Of a stretch of 64,000 nucleotides of DNA, positions 51,101 through 63,690 are shown in pieces (position 1 is the first letter of the stretch; every line of letters begins with the position of its first letter). Where the stretch lies: IMG/VR virus record IMGVR_UViG_3300045988_095709, positions 32,001-96,000 of that record. One strand, written 5' to 3'. The DNA is from a virus. The notes beneath the pieces were generated by a model that was not told where the DNA came from, did no database searches, and saw only the letters and a list, made by a program, of their open reading frames with translations. Position numbers and translations under genes: made by a program.

Positions 51101-54100
51101 TATGGAAAATCTTACTACATAGTTGTTCCAATCTATAAAATCTCAAAAGTTAGATTATAACTTCTTGTATATAAGATCTGTAGTTGACGATAACGGAAAA
51201 GTTATAAACGGAAATTATTTATATTCTTACCATCCTACCAACTACGATAGATCGCAGCAACAATATCCAATACAATGGTTTGATAACTTACGTTCTTCTT
51301 TCAGCGGATTATTTACTAAGTCTGGAGATCTTAATAAGAATTTTACAAACTTTAAAGACTCTAAAAAATATCTTTCTGAATTGTATAACGCGTTAACGTT
51401 GGCGAAAGCTAATAACGGAAAGATTACAATAAACAAAGTAAATTACGACTTGACAAAAGGATCTGACTTAAGCGTTGTTATATCGTAGTTTGTAAAAAGT
51501 ATGAGAAACATAGGCGTAGATATAGATACCAATATGGTTCAATATTTACTACAACAGATGAACCCTGATGAACCTATGTTATACTTGGCATTCGTAGATT
51601 TAATAACTAAGGGAGGAAATAATAGTGTATACAGTATATTATAGCTTATAAAAGATAACGGTATTCTAGACTTAATGCAAAATAGGCTAGAGGCTGGAGA
51701 CATATCTTTCTTTACAAAAGATCAACCTAAAAACAATAGAATACACGATAGTATAAATACCGGATCGTATGTTTATACTAAGAGTGGCTTCTTAACGTTA
51801 TTGGCAATGTGGCAAGGAAAATTTAGAACATCTACTACAGAACTTATGACAATAGGTCCTGAAAACACAAAGATGTATACTTTTGCTCAAAACCATACAG
51901 CTTCGGATACTATATACGATCTTAATAATTCTTATGACGAAAACGGAAATCTTGTAAAAGGATGTACACTTGAAGAGTTAAGTTAGGTGGATTATGTATT
52001 AGCTAGAGATCAGCAAGGTAATAGAATAGGATCTATTATAGGAAAAACTCTTATGAATAAATATTGGAATCCTAATCATAATAAATTACAACTGAGAACT
52101 TCTGCTGGAACTAAATCTTCTACTTATTCTGACGAAGGATCTAAGTATTCTAAGACTACTTCTAGAGAAGACTATATGGCTAAAGTACAGATGTTGTTAT
52201 AGGGAGATATAATATTCCCGGCATTGTCTGATAAATCTACATATTTCTCTATAAGCGGAATAAAACTTCCAGGACTTAATTTCGATAACAGTTCTTCATC
52301 GATAGGAAGTCTTCCGGTATTTAACTCAAACACTGGAACAATGATGTTTATACACAATGTGATGGAGAATTCTGATGATAAGATAAGAAGTATTGAGGAT
52401 AATCCGAAAAGCGGATATAGATATAACGACGTTCTTGATTAGTTTATAGAATATTTTACTTGTGAAAATATAAATGTAAACAAAACTATAAACGACTTAG
52501 GATTGTAGGAATAGAACGCAACAAATACTCCGATATCAGAAAATCAGAAAATTACAAACTATCACAAAGGAAGTATAAATGGTGCAAGATATTTGAGTTT
52601 GATGGGAATATACGCATTAGAAGATATGGAAATAAAGATAAACGGAAAAACTAAATCTTATAAAAAGGGAGATTATATACCGTTTAACTTTAAAGCAAAT
52701 ACTCCTAGTGAAGGTATACTTGAAGGAAGAAATCTTGCTCAGTCTCTTTTCTTTGACCAACCTATAGAAAAACAAAGAGTGATAGTAGCTGAAATATTAA
52801 GAAGAAGACTTGATGATACGTTGAACGACTTGTTAGAAATGGGAATAATAAGCAAAAACGACAATGCTTCTAAAGCAAAAGGTATTGTTACTCATGATTA
52901 TTATTCTTATAAAAATAATTATTTTGACGTAGATAAGATAAACAGATTAGCTAGGTGTTATTCTAACATAGAAGGAATACAAACTTTCGGAAATTCTGCA
53001 TTAGAGTCTTTAGGTGTAGTAGCGATGGCGTACGATATAATGTGTAAGAGTATGATGTCTATGGAAGAAACAAGACGTTTCTTTACGGGAATGCCTCAGT
53101 TCTTTAAAACAAAATATTCTTCAGAAGGAAATTTAGTAGATTATGGAACAGACGAAACTAAACGTTACGGAGGTGAAGGTTCTACTGGTTCTAATAACCG
53201 TGAAGACATGGCTAATATACCAGAAGAGTATACTTGTGCAGAGCTAAAAGATTGGGAAATTTCGTCTGCTATAAGCGAATCTTTGGAACAGGCTTTCAAA
53301 GAAGGAGAATATAGAGAGTCGTTATCTGTATACTATAGCGAAAATCCATCGTTAGGTAAACCTTCCGACGCTTATAATATGTCTATAGAAGACGTAGAAA
53401 AAGAATTAGAAAAAACAGGAATGTTAGAAATGATTGACATGAAGATAAAAAAAGAATCTAATTCTTATAAAAGCGAAATAAACGTTACAGACGGTACTGC
53501 TTACATAACAGATACTATGGCAGAAAATCTGTTAAGAATGCGAGGAGCGTTTAATAACGAAATAGCAGAAGCGTTTGAAAGACTGAGAGGCGATAAAGGA
53601 TACCTAAATAGTGCACAAGATTATAAACTTATACACGAAGCACTTATAAGTACATAGAAATATTCTGCTTTCGGATACAGAATGCAAAACGGAATACCGG
53701 TACACTTCTACGATAAGTTCGCATTGTTCCCAATGTTCAAAGGAATATCTTTCGGATTTAGTAGAGATCTTTATGATAAGATGCGTAAAGAGGGTGTAGA
53801 TATGGTAATGTTTAATTCTGCTGTAAAATCTGGATCTTAGGGTGCGTAGAAGTTCTCTCCTGATATGACAAAAGAAGATTTATAGAAGTTTACATTTAAA
53901 AACAATATCTATAAACAAAAGTATAAGTACATAAGAAGGCAGTTGAATACAGATCCTAGAACTGATGAAGTAATGGCTGCAGGAACACAGGCTATGAAGG
54001 TTTCTCTCAGTGTACTTAGAGATTGGCAAACATATTCTATACAAAATCCTGACGGAACGGAACAAACTTTGAATAAAAACGAAGTATTGAGTGCTATAAT

Positions 54101-57100
54101 GGACAGGATGAACAGAATGGCTGAAATAGGAAGTCAGTAGATAAAAGAAGAATTCTTTACCAACGGAAAGCTAGATTACGCAAAATTAAAAGATTTCATA
54201 GTAAGAGAACTTTCTAGTAGAAATGCCGATAAGAATATACTTGAAGCTGTCAATTTGGATTATCTTACTGACGAGAACGGAAATATAATTCCGGAAAGCG
54301 TACATTTTGTTACTGACATAAACGTAGTTTCTAATATGGCATGGATAGAAAGTATATTGATATCACATATAAATAAAAAAGTAATAGATATTAATTTTAA
54401 AGGAAATGCTTTCTATCAGAGATCCGTGTTTGGTCTTGATAGCCCTACTGTATTAAACGACGATTAGGTAAAATACGAAATGAATGGTGGTAAACCTCTG
54501 CAGATGATAAATGAAGAGGGAAGTATGGACGCAGTAATAAGTATAGACTACTTTATGGATATTATACCTAAGAAATATAGATATAATTTCAAAAAAGCAA
54601 AACAATGGTTGATTGACAACGATATTATATCTGGTATAAAAACAGGAACAAAAGAGTGGAATAATGCTAAAGCTAGTGTGTTATCATACCGTATTCCTAC
54701 TCAGGCGGCATCTTCTATTCACGCGTTAAGATTTGTAGACGTATTACCAATCGTTAGAGATACTATAATACTACCTAGAGAGTTTACTAAGATTACTGGT
54801 TCTGACTTCGATATTGATAAATTGTATTTATCGTCTTTCTATTATAATGTAAACAAAGAAACCGGAAAGTCATCTTTGATAATGGACGACGAATATGAAA
54901 ATACAGCAAATCAACTTCTTTCTATATATCTTTCTTTGATTAAAGATGCTGGAAAACAAGTTACAGACGGAAAAATATCTAAGTCTAGATACATGCATAT
55001 ATTGAACAGATCTATTGATAACGATACAGAGTTGATAACCAATGTTCTTTCTGATATAGAATCTGGAAAAACTAAAAAGACCGTAGAGCCATATCAATTT
55101 GAAAATCTAACCAATCAAGTAAAGATAAAACAATCATTTGCTACAGGTAAACTCGGAATAGGACCGTTTGCGTTGAATAACAACAATCAGGTACTTACTA
55201 TGTTGTACAACGTTTCTTTCAAAGATTTTGGAGACAACGATAAAAGTTTATTAACTTATATCGGAATGAACAGGTTAGATAGGATTACAGATATAAACGG
55301 AAACCATATATTATCGTGGATATCTGCGATGATAAACGCACACGTGGACGTTGCGAAGGATCCGTATATATTAAGATTAAATGTAAATAAATTTACATAT
55401 AATCTAGTAAATCTACTTATACGTTGTGGTCTAGGAGATAGAGCTTTATATTTCATCAACAACCCTATAATAAAAGATTTAGCTAGAATAAGTGAAGAAA
55501 CGCAAGGAAGAATAGTTGATGAACCGGAAATAAGCGTAAGAAAAAGGTTTGAAAACGCTTAGGAACAGTATATACGTGACTGTAAGTTTAGAGATGAGTC
55601 TTTTTCTAAGTTGTATATGAAAGCTAAGGACGAAGAAAAAAGAGCTGCTGAAAAGAAAGATTTTGATAAAATCGCAGAAATAATGGGAATGGATAGAGAC
55701 GGTCTTCCAATAAATAGTATTAAAATATTTAAAGACGGTCAGTATTATACTGTTGATGGTACATATATAATGAGAGACATTTTAAAAAATAAAGACGTAC
55801 TCATAGATGAAAACAAACCGTTAAGTATGGATAATCTTAGAGACGACGATCAGTTTTATTACGTGTTGGAAGGTGATAGAAGAGTTACTCCAAAAGAAGT
55901 TTAGATGTATATATTCTTAGCTATGCAAAATTTAAACATAAATGCAGCGGCTCTTTCTGCAGTAGTACAGGCTACTAAAGTAGACACTAAAAAGCACGGT
56001 AAAACTGTAAGAGAACAATCAGAATATAATGCTAAATACGAATAGTTATTAAGAGGTGGTATATCTAACATGTTTGAAAATTTGGATAACATGTTGACAA
56101 AATCTTATATAAACGTTAAAACTAATCTCGGAATAGGTATTCCTAAGAAAATTCTTTAGGAGTTTTCTATAACAGCTACAGACAATTTTAGATACGTAGT
56201 GGATTCTATATGCTCTATGTACTTAAACAACTAGACTTCTAAAACTAAAACATCGATACAGAATGCTGTTCTCGCATACGTTAAACAGATTGCTATGAAT
56301 AAAGCTATGGAAGATAACGGAATAACTAGCGAAAAGTGGATGGAGATGATACAAGGAAGAAAAACGTTAGCACAGAGAATAACAAACCTTCAGAACATAT
56401 TGATTTCGGATGTAGATGGTAAATATAAATCTTTAGCTACTAACGGAACAATAATAAATCCATTACTTGCTAATTTGCGAAGAATTCCATATCAACCACA
56501 ATACGGACAGGTTCACTACGATCTTATAGGGTTAGAAAACAAAGGAGCTGACGATAGTGAATTGAGTAATAACTATATTGATGCATGGTAGCAACTTTTA
56601 GATTATGATGATCCTCAATATCCAAAAGAGTCTGAAGCTATAAGGAAGCTAGCTAGCGATCTTGCTGTTTATGCGTTTGTGACATCTTCTGATACTAAAG
56701 GAACAAATAAATTTTTCAAATATGTTCCTGTTTCTTGGAGAAATGATTTTGGGTATTCAGAGTATATAAGATAGGCTTTTTAGTACTTTAAAGACGGAAA
56801 CGTAAAAGTACAAGAAGATGCTGAAGATGGATTTTTAACTATAGATCCGTACGAATTAATAATGAATAACTATATGGATCCTAATATTCTACCTACACAT
56901 AAGATGAATAAGTTTATGGGATCTTCTTATCAGTATAGTGAAACGGATTTCTAGGGAAAGATTATAACAAGTAATATATACACAATGATTGCAGGTCTTG
57001 TTAACGATAGACCTACAATGTATAAATCTGAATACATTACACAATATCCTCCTTTTGTCAGAATACAAAGACCAAATACCAATAGATTTTCTGCAGATTA

Positions 57101-58268
57101 GTATTTGTTGTATAGACTTGCTGCTTACGGTACTAAAACGTTATCTGACGGTAAACAGGTATCTTATCCTGTATATATACTTTTAAATCCTAAAGGTCAG
57201 AGAGTTAAAATAGGTGCTCAAAATTATGATTTCTATTCTGTAGGAAGAGACGATAATTATCAGCACGATTTCTTAAAAGGTGAAACTCCAAACTTCTTAG
57301 AAAAAGTAAAATGGATATAGAAAAACATAGAAAAAATACAGGAGTTGAGAGCAGCTAAAACAGCAACAGTAGGAGACGTGAGATAGTTGTTCGACATACC
57401 GGCAGGAGATAGTTATTCTATACAAACGTTCGGAAATATATAGAGAACAGTATATCAAAATGAAAAATACGGAAATATAGGAGAAGCTGAAATACAACAC
57501 GACTAGTTACAATTAGAGCTCGGACCATATGGTGAATGGGAAATAAAAGGCGATAATACTTCTAAATTTGATACAAACAAAGCATTAGATACATACACAT
57601 TGCATTCTGGTGGAGCAAAAGGTTCAGACTCTTACTGGGGAACAGCAGGAGAGAAATACGGCTTATTGTACGACGATAAACACCAAAGACACTATTATCA
57701 CCAAGAAAAAACTCCTGTAGGAAATGTAGAAATATCTAATTAGGATTACGAAGAAGGAAGATACAAGGCAGCATAGGCTGCTTCAGCAAGATGGGGATAT
57801 AACTTGAAAACAATGAAAGATAATAGATTGATTAGAAATTGGGCTCAGGTTAAATATTCAGATGCAATATTTGCAATAGGAACTCTTGTTAAACCCGGAC
57901 AACCGATAGATCCAAACAACAATAAAGAAACAAGAATTGCTAAGAAAGTAATAGTTTCTGGAGGTACCGGATATGCTGTAGAGATGGCTATACAAGCTGG
58001 TAAACCTGTATACGTATTCGATTAGAGGAGAAACAGATGGTATAAGAACATAGACGGAAAATGGTCTAAATCAGATATTCCTGTACTTACTAAAAATTTC
58101 GCAGGTATCGGAACTAGAGAGTTATAGGATAACGGAAAATAGGCTATAGAAGACGTATATAAAAAGACTATAGAATAGATGTAGAAGAACTCTACTAATT
58201 AGGATATCGATATCAATATAGAAGATTTCAGTAATCTAAACGAATAGAGACATGAACAATGTGATTAA
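42150..58268 (+). CDS. giant multidomain virion protein containing crAss-type RNA polymerase, 5372 aa, about 104 in-frame TAG
   Basis: 24 track ORFs from 43131 to 57804 are all in frame 0. I walked every gap and found no TAA/TGA until TAA 58266. Contains DFDID, HExxH, PD-(D/E)XK-like and SLOG-like segments. Confidence 0.75.
47193..47252 (+). other. PD-(D/E)XK nuclease-like motif inside the giant ORF
   Basis: GETDMLAVDTDGSVYLIDFKTSK has the pattern G-x-x-D-(x)n-hhh-D-x-K-T, as in RecB/Cas4-type nucleases. Confidence 0.45.
49683..49697 (+). other. HExxH zincin-type motif inside the giant ORF
   Basis: TDYHESFHAVVELL (cac gag tct ttc cat at 49683-49697). Confidence 0.4.
54804..54818 (+). other. 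DxDxD catalytic motif of the crAss-type DPBB RNA polymerase
   Basis: ITGSDFDIDKLYL preceded by SYRIPTQAASSIHALRF. This matches, from memory, the DFDID metal-binding loop described for phi14:2 gp66. Confidence 0.65.
57597..58170 (+). other. SLOG / DUF2493-like Rossmannoid domain at the C-terminus of the giant ORF
   Basis: LHSGGAKGSDSYWG ... LIRNWAQVKYSDAIFAIG ... SGGTGYAVEMAIQAGKPVYVFD follows the GGAxGxD ... RN ... GT ... A..G.PV pattern. Confidence 0.5.
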
Positions 58269-58280
58269 AATTATTAAATT

Positions 58281-61200
58281 ATGGTATGTATAATAGAGAG
58301 TAAATATTAGAAAGAAATAGAAGATCTTACTGGTATAATTGGAGACAGGGAGACTGCTATATCACTATTATGCGCAAATAACGGGTTCACCTTAGACAAA
58401 ACACCCTAGGGTGAACCGTCAGATTTGTATCAATAGTTATTAGGACAGTTCTCAAACGACGAAGCAGGAAGAAGACGTGCTATTATATACAAAGCTAGAA
58501 CGTTCGGAAGTTCTTTCGTTAATAAGTATGGAAAATGGTTTGAATAGGACGCATAGTCGTAGAATAACAATTTTGACTCTAACGGTGAACCTGTTTTAAG
58601 TATAGTACTTGGTGATAAAAATTTGTTTCAAAATAGTACGGAGTAGGATTTTTCACAACTTAAGAGAGAGTATGTCAGTCGTTTAGTAAACGAACTTCTT
58701 TTTGAAAACCCAAACGCTAGTCAAATAGAAATACTAAACAAAGAAATAGAAGCACAGCAAGAGTGGGCTAATCAATAGGCTAATCAGTTGGACGAAGATG
58801 TTGAAATGTCCAGAATAGACGCAGAAGATACAAAAAGACTATTGAAAAACGAGAACATATTGATTGGGAAGGCTAGTAAATCTGTAATATAGATGTTTAG
58901 AAAAGCAAAAGAAAGAGCTAAAAAACTTAGAGAAAATCTAAACATAAAAAGTCTAAATCTGAAAGATGACTTATCAAACAAAATAGACGAGACAGCCAAC
59001 CAGATAATATCTGCAACTATAAGTAAGGAAAAGGCTTATAAATCTAAAAACTTCTCTTCTTCTACTTCTTATGGAGATATAAACTAGTAGATATAGAACT
59101 AGGAAAATTCTAGAAAAATACGTGGATATAGAAAAAGTATAATAGAAGCACAAAATAGTAAAAATGCAAAGAAAGAATTAGATGCAAAACTTGAAATGTT
59201 CTTGTATTTTATAGAAAATGCATCTGACGAAATAAATAAAATATTATCAATGCTTCTTAATGCTGAGGCTAATGAGTATAAAAAGATATATTATAAAGTA
59301 GATAGCGTTGGAAATATAATATACAACGATGAAAACAATAAATATTACACCGAACAAAACGAAAAAGAAGGTGTACAATACGGTACGTTTGATTTTAACG
59401 ACCTTCAGTATATAAACACTGATGTTATTGGATTTTACGACGGTGTACTACATAATATATTATTGATATTAGACTAGCTTGACGAAAATGATCCGAAAGT
59501 TAAATTGCTTAAAGACTCCATAAGAATTTCAGATGTATGCAATAATATATTTTCAGCTAAAAGAAAGTATCAGATAGCTCTAGAAAATAAAGTAATGGAT
59601 ATGGTCAGAGAAGGTCTTGACGAAATTCCAGAAGAAAGACTAGACTCTGAAATGAAAGCAAGATTGATAGTAAGAACTAAAAAATGGCTTAGAAATCAGT
59701 ACGATTTTGGTGATGTTACTGTATTCGAAAGAGTTATAGGAATAGGAAGTAGATCTAAAAGTTCACTGATAAGACTTATTCAGGAAGTAATAAACTAGAT
59801 AGAAAACGAAATACGTATAGAAACAAGTAAGAAAGGTTTTAAATTAAATGATCTATACAGAAAAGCGTTAAATAAAAACAAAAAATATATGCTTCCCGGT
59901 ATGAGTTTGCAGTAGTTACTGATGGGTAAAGACAGAAACGGTTTACCAAACGGAGATTTCGTAAGACCTATAAATTACAGACAGTATCAACAAGATTTAG
60001 AGAACATTTAGGCTGAATTACTATTTGGAAAAGATGGTATTAGAGACCGAATTGCAAATCTAAAAGACGATAGTGGTAATTATATATTCAGATATCCAGA
60101 TACGAACACTTACGAAATAGAATTTGATGAACACGGAGAACCAATATTACCAAATCATCCAAAACTAGAACAAGCATATAAGAATTACTATAAGAAACTG
60201 GAGTCTTGGAAATGCGATCATTCTGAAAGACCGTATACTAAAAAATATTATATTGAAAGGTTGGATCATTTGTCTATATCTACTATACAAATGATGAATA
60301 AGTTGTATAGTGGAAGAAACGAGATAATACAAGCTGCTACAGTAGACGGATAGTTCAGACCTGATAAACTTTCTGATTTCTAGTTAGACGAGCTGAATAG
60401 ATACAATCAAGAAATACAACAGTTGTCCAGTCCTTTTTATATTGACGGAACAGAAAAAGATCCTTACACTCCAGAAGGAATTGCAGCTAGAGAGATAAGT
60501 AGTTGGCAAAATACAATATCTGACCACATAAAATATAAGACTAGTATTGAAAAGTACAATCAAGCATTATCTTTTGCGAAAGATAAGAAAAAATTTGCTA
60601 GATTGTTCAGTAAGTGGATAATAAATCCTAAATTATACGAATGGTTGGATGATGATTTTCAGATGAATAATTCGTACGTCAAATCTCTTAAAAAGACCAT
60701 TAATAAACTTATGGCTCCGTACAAAACAGATAAAATCGGAGAAGTCAAATGGGATATGCTTTTTGATTTTGAAACTGGAAAAATCAAAAATGAGAAATGG
60801 TTTGAAAGTATGATTGAAGTTTCTAAAAGATATAGTGAAGAAATATCTTTATAGTATAAAGATTATTCTAACGAAGATGATAACGGTGGTACAAAATATA
60901 ATGAACTAATAGACGAGGTGTATGTACCAAAACCAGGATTTCAGTACGATTTTTCATATACTTATGAAAACTCTATGCTTAAATACATGAAAGATGCGTA
61001 TTAGAATTACTTGGTAGAAAACAAAGGTTATAGTACACAACAGGCTAGTTCTATCGCTGCGAATACATTTTCGTATACTTATATGACAGCAAAGGGTAAA
61101 CTTATAAGTAAACCTATTTCAATATTTATGATGCGCGTTCCTAAAGAAAAGAAACAATTTAAAGGTATAGATGGAAATTATTACAAATCTTTTATAAGAA

Positions 61201-63581
61201 CGCCTTCTTCTATGTTTTCAGAGATAGATTTAGAAAACTCTTCTAGTGATTATATAAATAAAAATTACGATAGACAGTCAGATTAGACTTTACAACCAAA
61301 AGAGTCTATATATAGAGATGAAAACTATTATAAATATATAGAAGGAAAGAAAGAGATGAAAGAATTGTACGATGAATTAATTAGTACAATGGAACAATCT
61401 TTTTAGAACTATCCTTTTGTGAAGAAATATGATTATAGATTGCCACAGAGAGGAGAAACAAGAAATTCATCTATACTTTCTAGAAATCTATTGACAAGAT
61501 TGGGTGTAAACGTAGGAGAAGTTTTAGATAGAACTCTGTCTGTAAACGAAAACGATTTGGATATAAATTTCCAAGAATAGGTATTACGACCAGATGGAAC
61601 ACCTATTAAAAATATACCAATAAGGTGGATAAGAAGACTTAGTAAACCTGAGTATATATCTTCAGATATAATAGGTTCTGTTACTTTAATGTATGGAATG
61701 TCTGTAAACTATAAATTAAAAAATCAAAAAGTTTCTCAAGTAGAGTCTATTTTAAACTATATAAGAAGTAACGATCCTAGTAGTTCTTCAAAATAGGCAG
61801 AAGCTATACAAGGAATGATAGATAGACAATTCTATGAAGAACAGACATCTGGACTGAAAGTAAATCCGACGCCAGAATAGTGGAAACATGCTGATTGGTT
61901 TAGAAGATATTTCTGGAGTGCTAAATCATGGTTGAAAAAAGTAGGACAAATAAGAGGTATCGCATAGTTAGGTATGTTGGCATTCAACTTAGGTTCTGGT
62001 ATAGTTTCGTCTTTAGACGCTACTACTAGTATGGTTATAGACGTTCTTACTGGAAAATATATAAACTATAAAGACTTATCTTATGCATTCAGCCAGTTAA
62101 TGTTTGATTTACCTAAAGCTATAAACAGCTTAGGTAAAATAAAAACCGATAGTGATATATGCGCTCAGATGTAGTATTTTGGACTAGCAAAAGGAAACGC
62201 TCAGACGTTTAGAAACACCGATTATAGTAAACTGAGAAGATTTTTATCTGACGGATTACTTATGAAACAATTTGCAATAGGCGATTATACAATCAACGCT
62301 TTAAATATGACATCTGTACTATATAATTATAGATTGTATGTAGATTAGGATGGAAAACGTCAACTATTAAATAAACCTGACTTCATAAGAAAGGCTATAA
62401 ACGACGGAATGACATATAAACAAGCCAAAAGTGCTTATAATTCCGCAAAGATAGCAAAACGTTTCCTTAAACGTGGAAAAGACGGCATGATTACTGTAGA
62501 TAAAGAGTTTGAAAAGGATATGTACAGAATAGGACAGTAGATAAGAAGTAGATCGTCAATATACAACGGTGTTATAAATGATGCTGAACGTACATATTTC
62601 CAATCTAATGTGTGGTTGTCTTTGATATCAATGCTTCGTAATTTCTTTATAGTAGGTATTTGGGAAAGATTTTAGACTTATCGAGATTTTCAAATGAGTG
62701 TCGAATAGACTTTTGATCCTGAAACAGGAGAGATACTAAACGAATACGGAGGAGAAAATTTAAATCCTCAACAAGCTGCCAATATAAAGAAAGAATAGAG
62801 ATATTATGCAGGAGGGTACAACTTCGATACCGGACAGATAGAAAACGGAACAACATTATCGTTCTTTAGATACTTATCTAAACTATATCCTTATCTTAAG
62901 TATTCAACAGACGTAATATTCTCAGGAATGAGTAAGTACGATCCACAAAGAGAGTAGTACTTAAAAAATAACAATCTAAACGCGTAGGAAATATACGGAG
63001 CTTAGAAAATAACTATGGAATTTACAGCAGCGATGTTATTTATATTAGCCAGTGCAAGTATATATAGAATAGCTAAAACAAAAGATCCAGATGACGATGA
63101 TGCTTATTTGTGGTATCTTATCAACTATGTTATGGTTCGTCTCCCTATCGAAAGATTTACGTGGATGTCGTTAGATACAGTGAATGACCTTATAAATTCT
63201 ATCACAGCAGCTTCTTCTGATTTAAAACGAAAAGGACATTTGATAGATATGGTTATGGAAGCGTTAGGATTAAGTAAGCACAAACTCACTGACGAAATGC
63301 CTTCAAACAGTCAATATGCAGGTCAACAGCGATGGTTTTATCATCTTTGCAACATCGGTTCTAGTTTTGGTTTGCATAACTACTATGTTAATATGCCTAA
63401 AGCGTTAGGTGGAGGAGGAGCTAAACCTTTGATGCGTAAAGCATATTTCTATTATGATAAATTACCATTTGGTAATTATATTTACGATAGAGGTAAAAAG
63501 ACAGACAAAGTAGATAAAAGAAAAAAGAATGTCGGAGTTTCTGTTATTAGCGATGACAGTAATGACGGATTTGATAGATGA
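58281..63581 (+). CDS. second giant virion protein, 1766 aa, about 36 in-frame TAG
   Basis: ORFs 58893 to 63015 are all in frame 0 with TAG-only gaps (checked). ATG lies 12 nt after the upstream TAA. Hydrophobic segments near the C-terminus. TGA at 63579. Confidence 0.75.
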
Positions 63582-63644
63582 CAAAAATATAACAATAGTA
63601 TTTTGGTCGTATTTTAGCGGGACGCGAATATTATAAAAAACAAA

Positions 63645-63690
63645 GGAGACTATAATTCCGATTTTTTCGGAACTATAATCTCCTTTTTTT
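63645..63690. terminator. bidirectional terminator between convergent genes
   Basis: 16-nt arms GGAGACTATAATTCCG / CGGAACTATAATCTCC (14 of 16 pair), T-rich loop, A-run upstream and T7 downstream. Confidence 0.6.

Noticed and set aside
42150-58268. Splitting the giant ORF into about 25 genes, one per track ORF, each re-initiating at an ATG after a TAG.
   Set aside because: All pieces are in one frame, and many begin at non-ATG codons in the track. 5,372 codons free of TAA/TGA in AT-rich DNA is not compatible with independent small genes.
1627-63581. Fragmented ORFs could mean a decayed, pseudogenised prophage or a poor assembly.
   Set aside because: The interruptions are exclusively TAG, never TAA/TGA or frameshifts. 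The joined frames give tightly abutting genes with recognisable motifs spanning the TAG sites.
16305-63581. TGA or TAA might also be reassigned.
   Set aside because: TGA (16305, 17048, 31689, 33714, 42146, 63579) and TAA stops coincide with the starts of the following genes, and neither occurs inside the joined frames.
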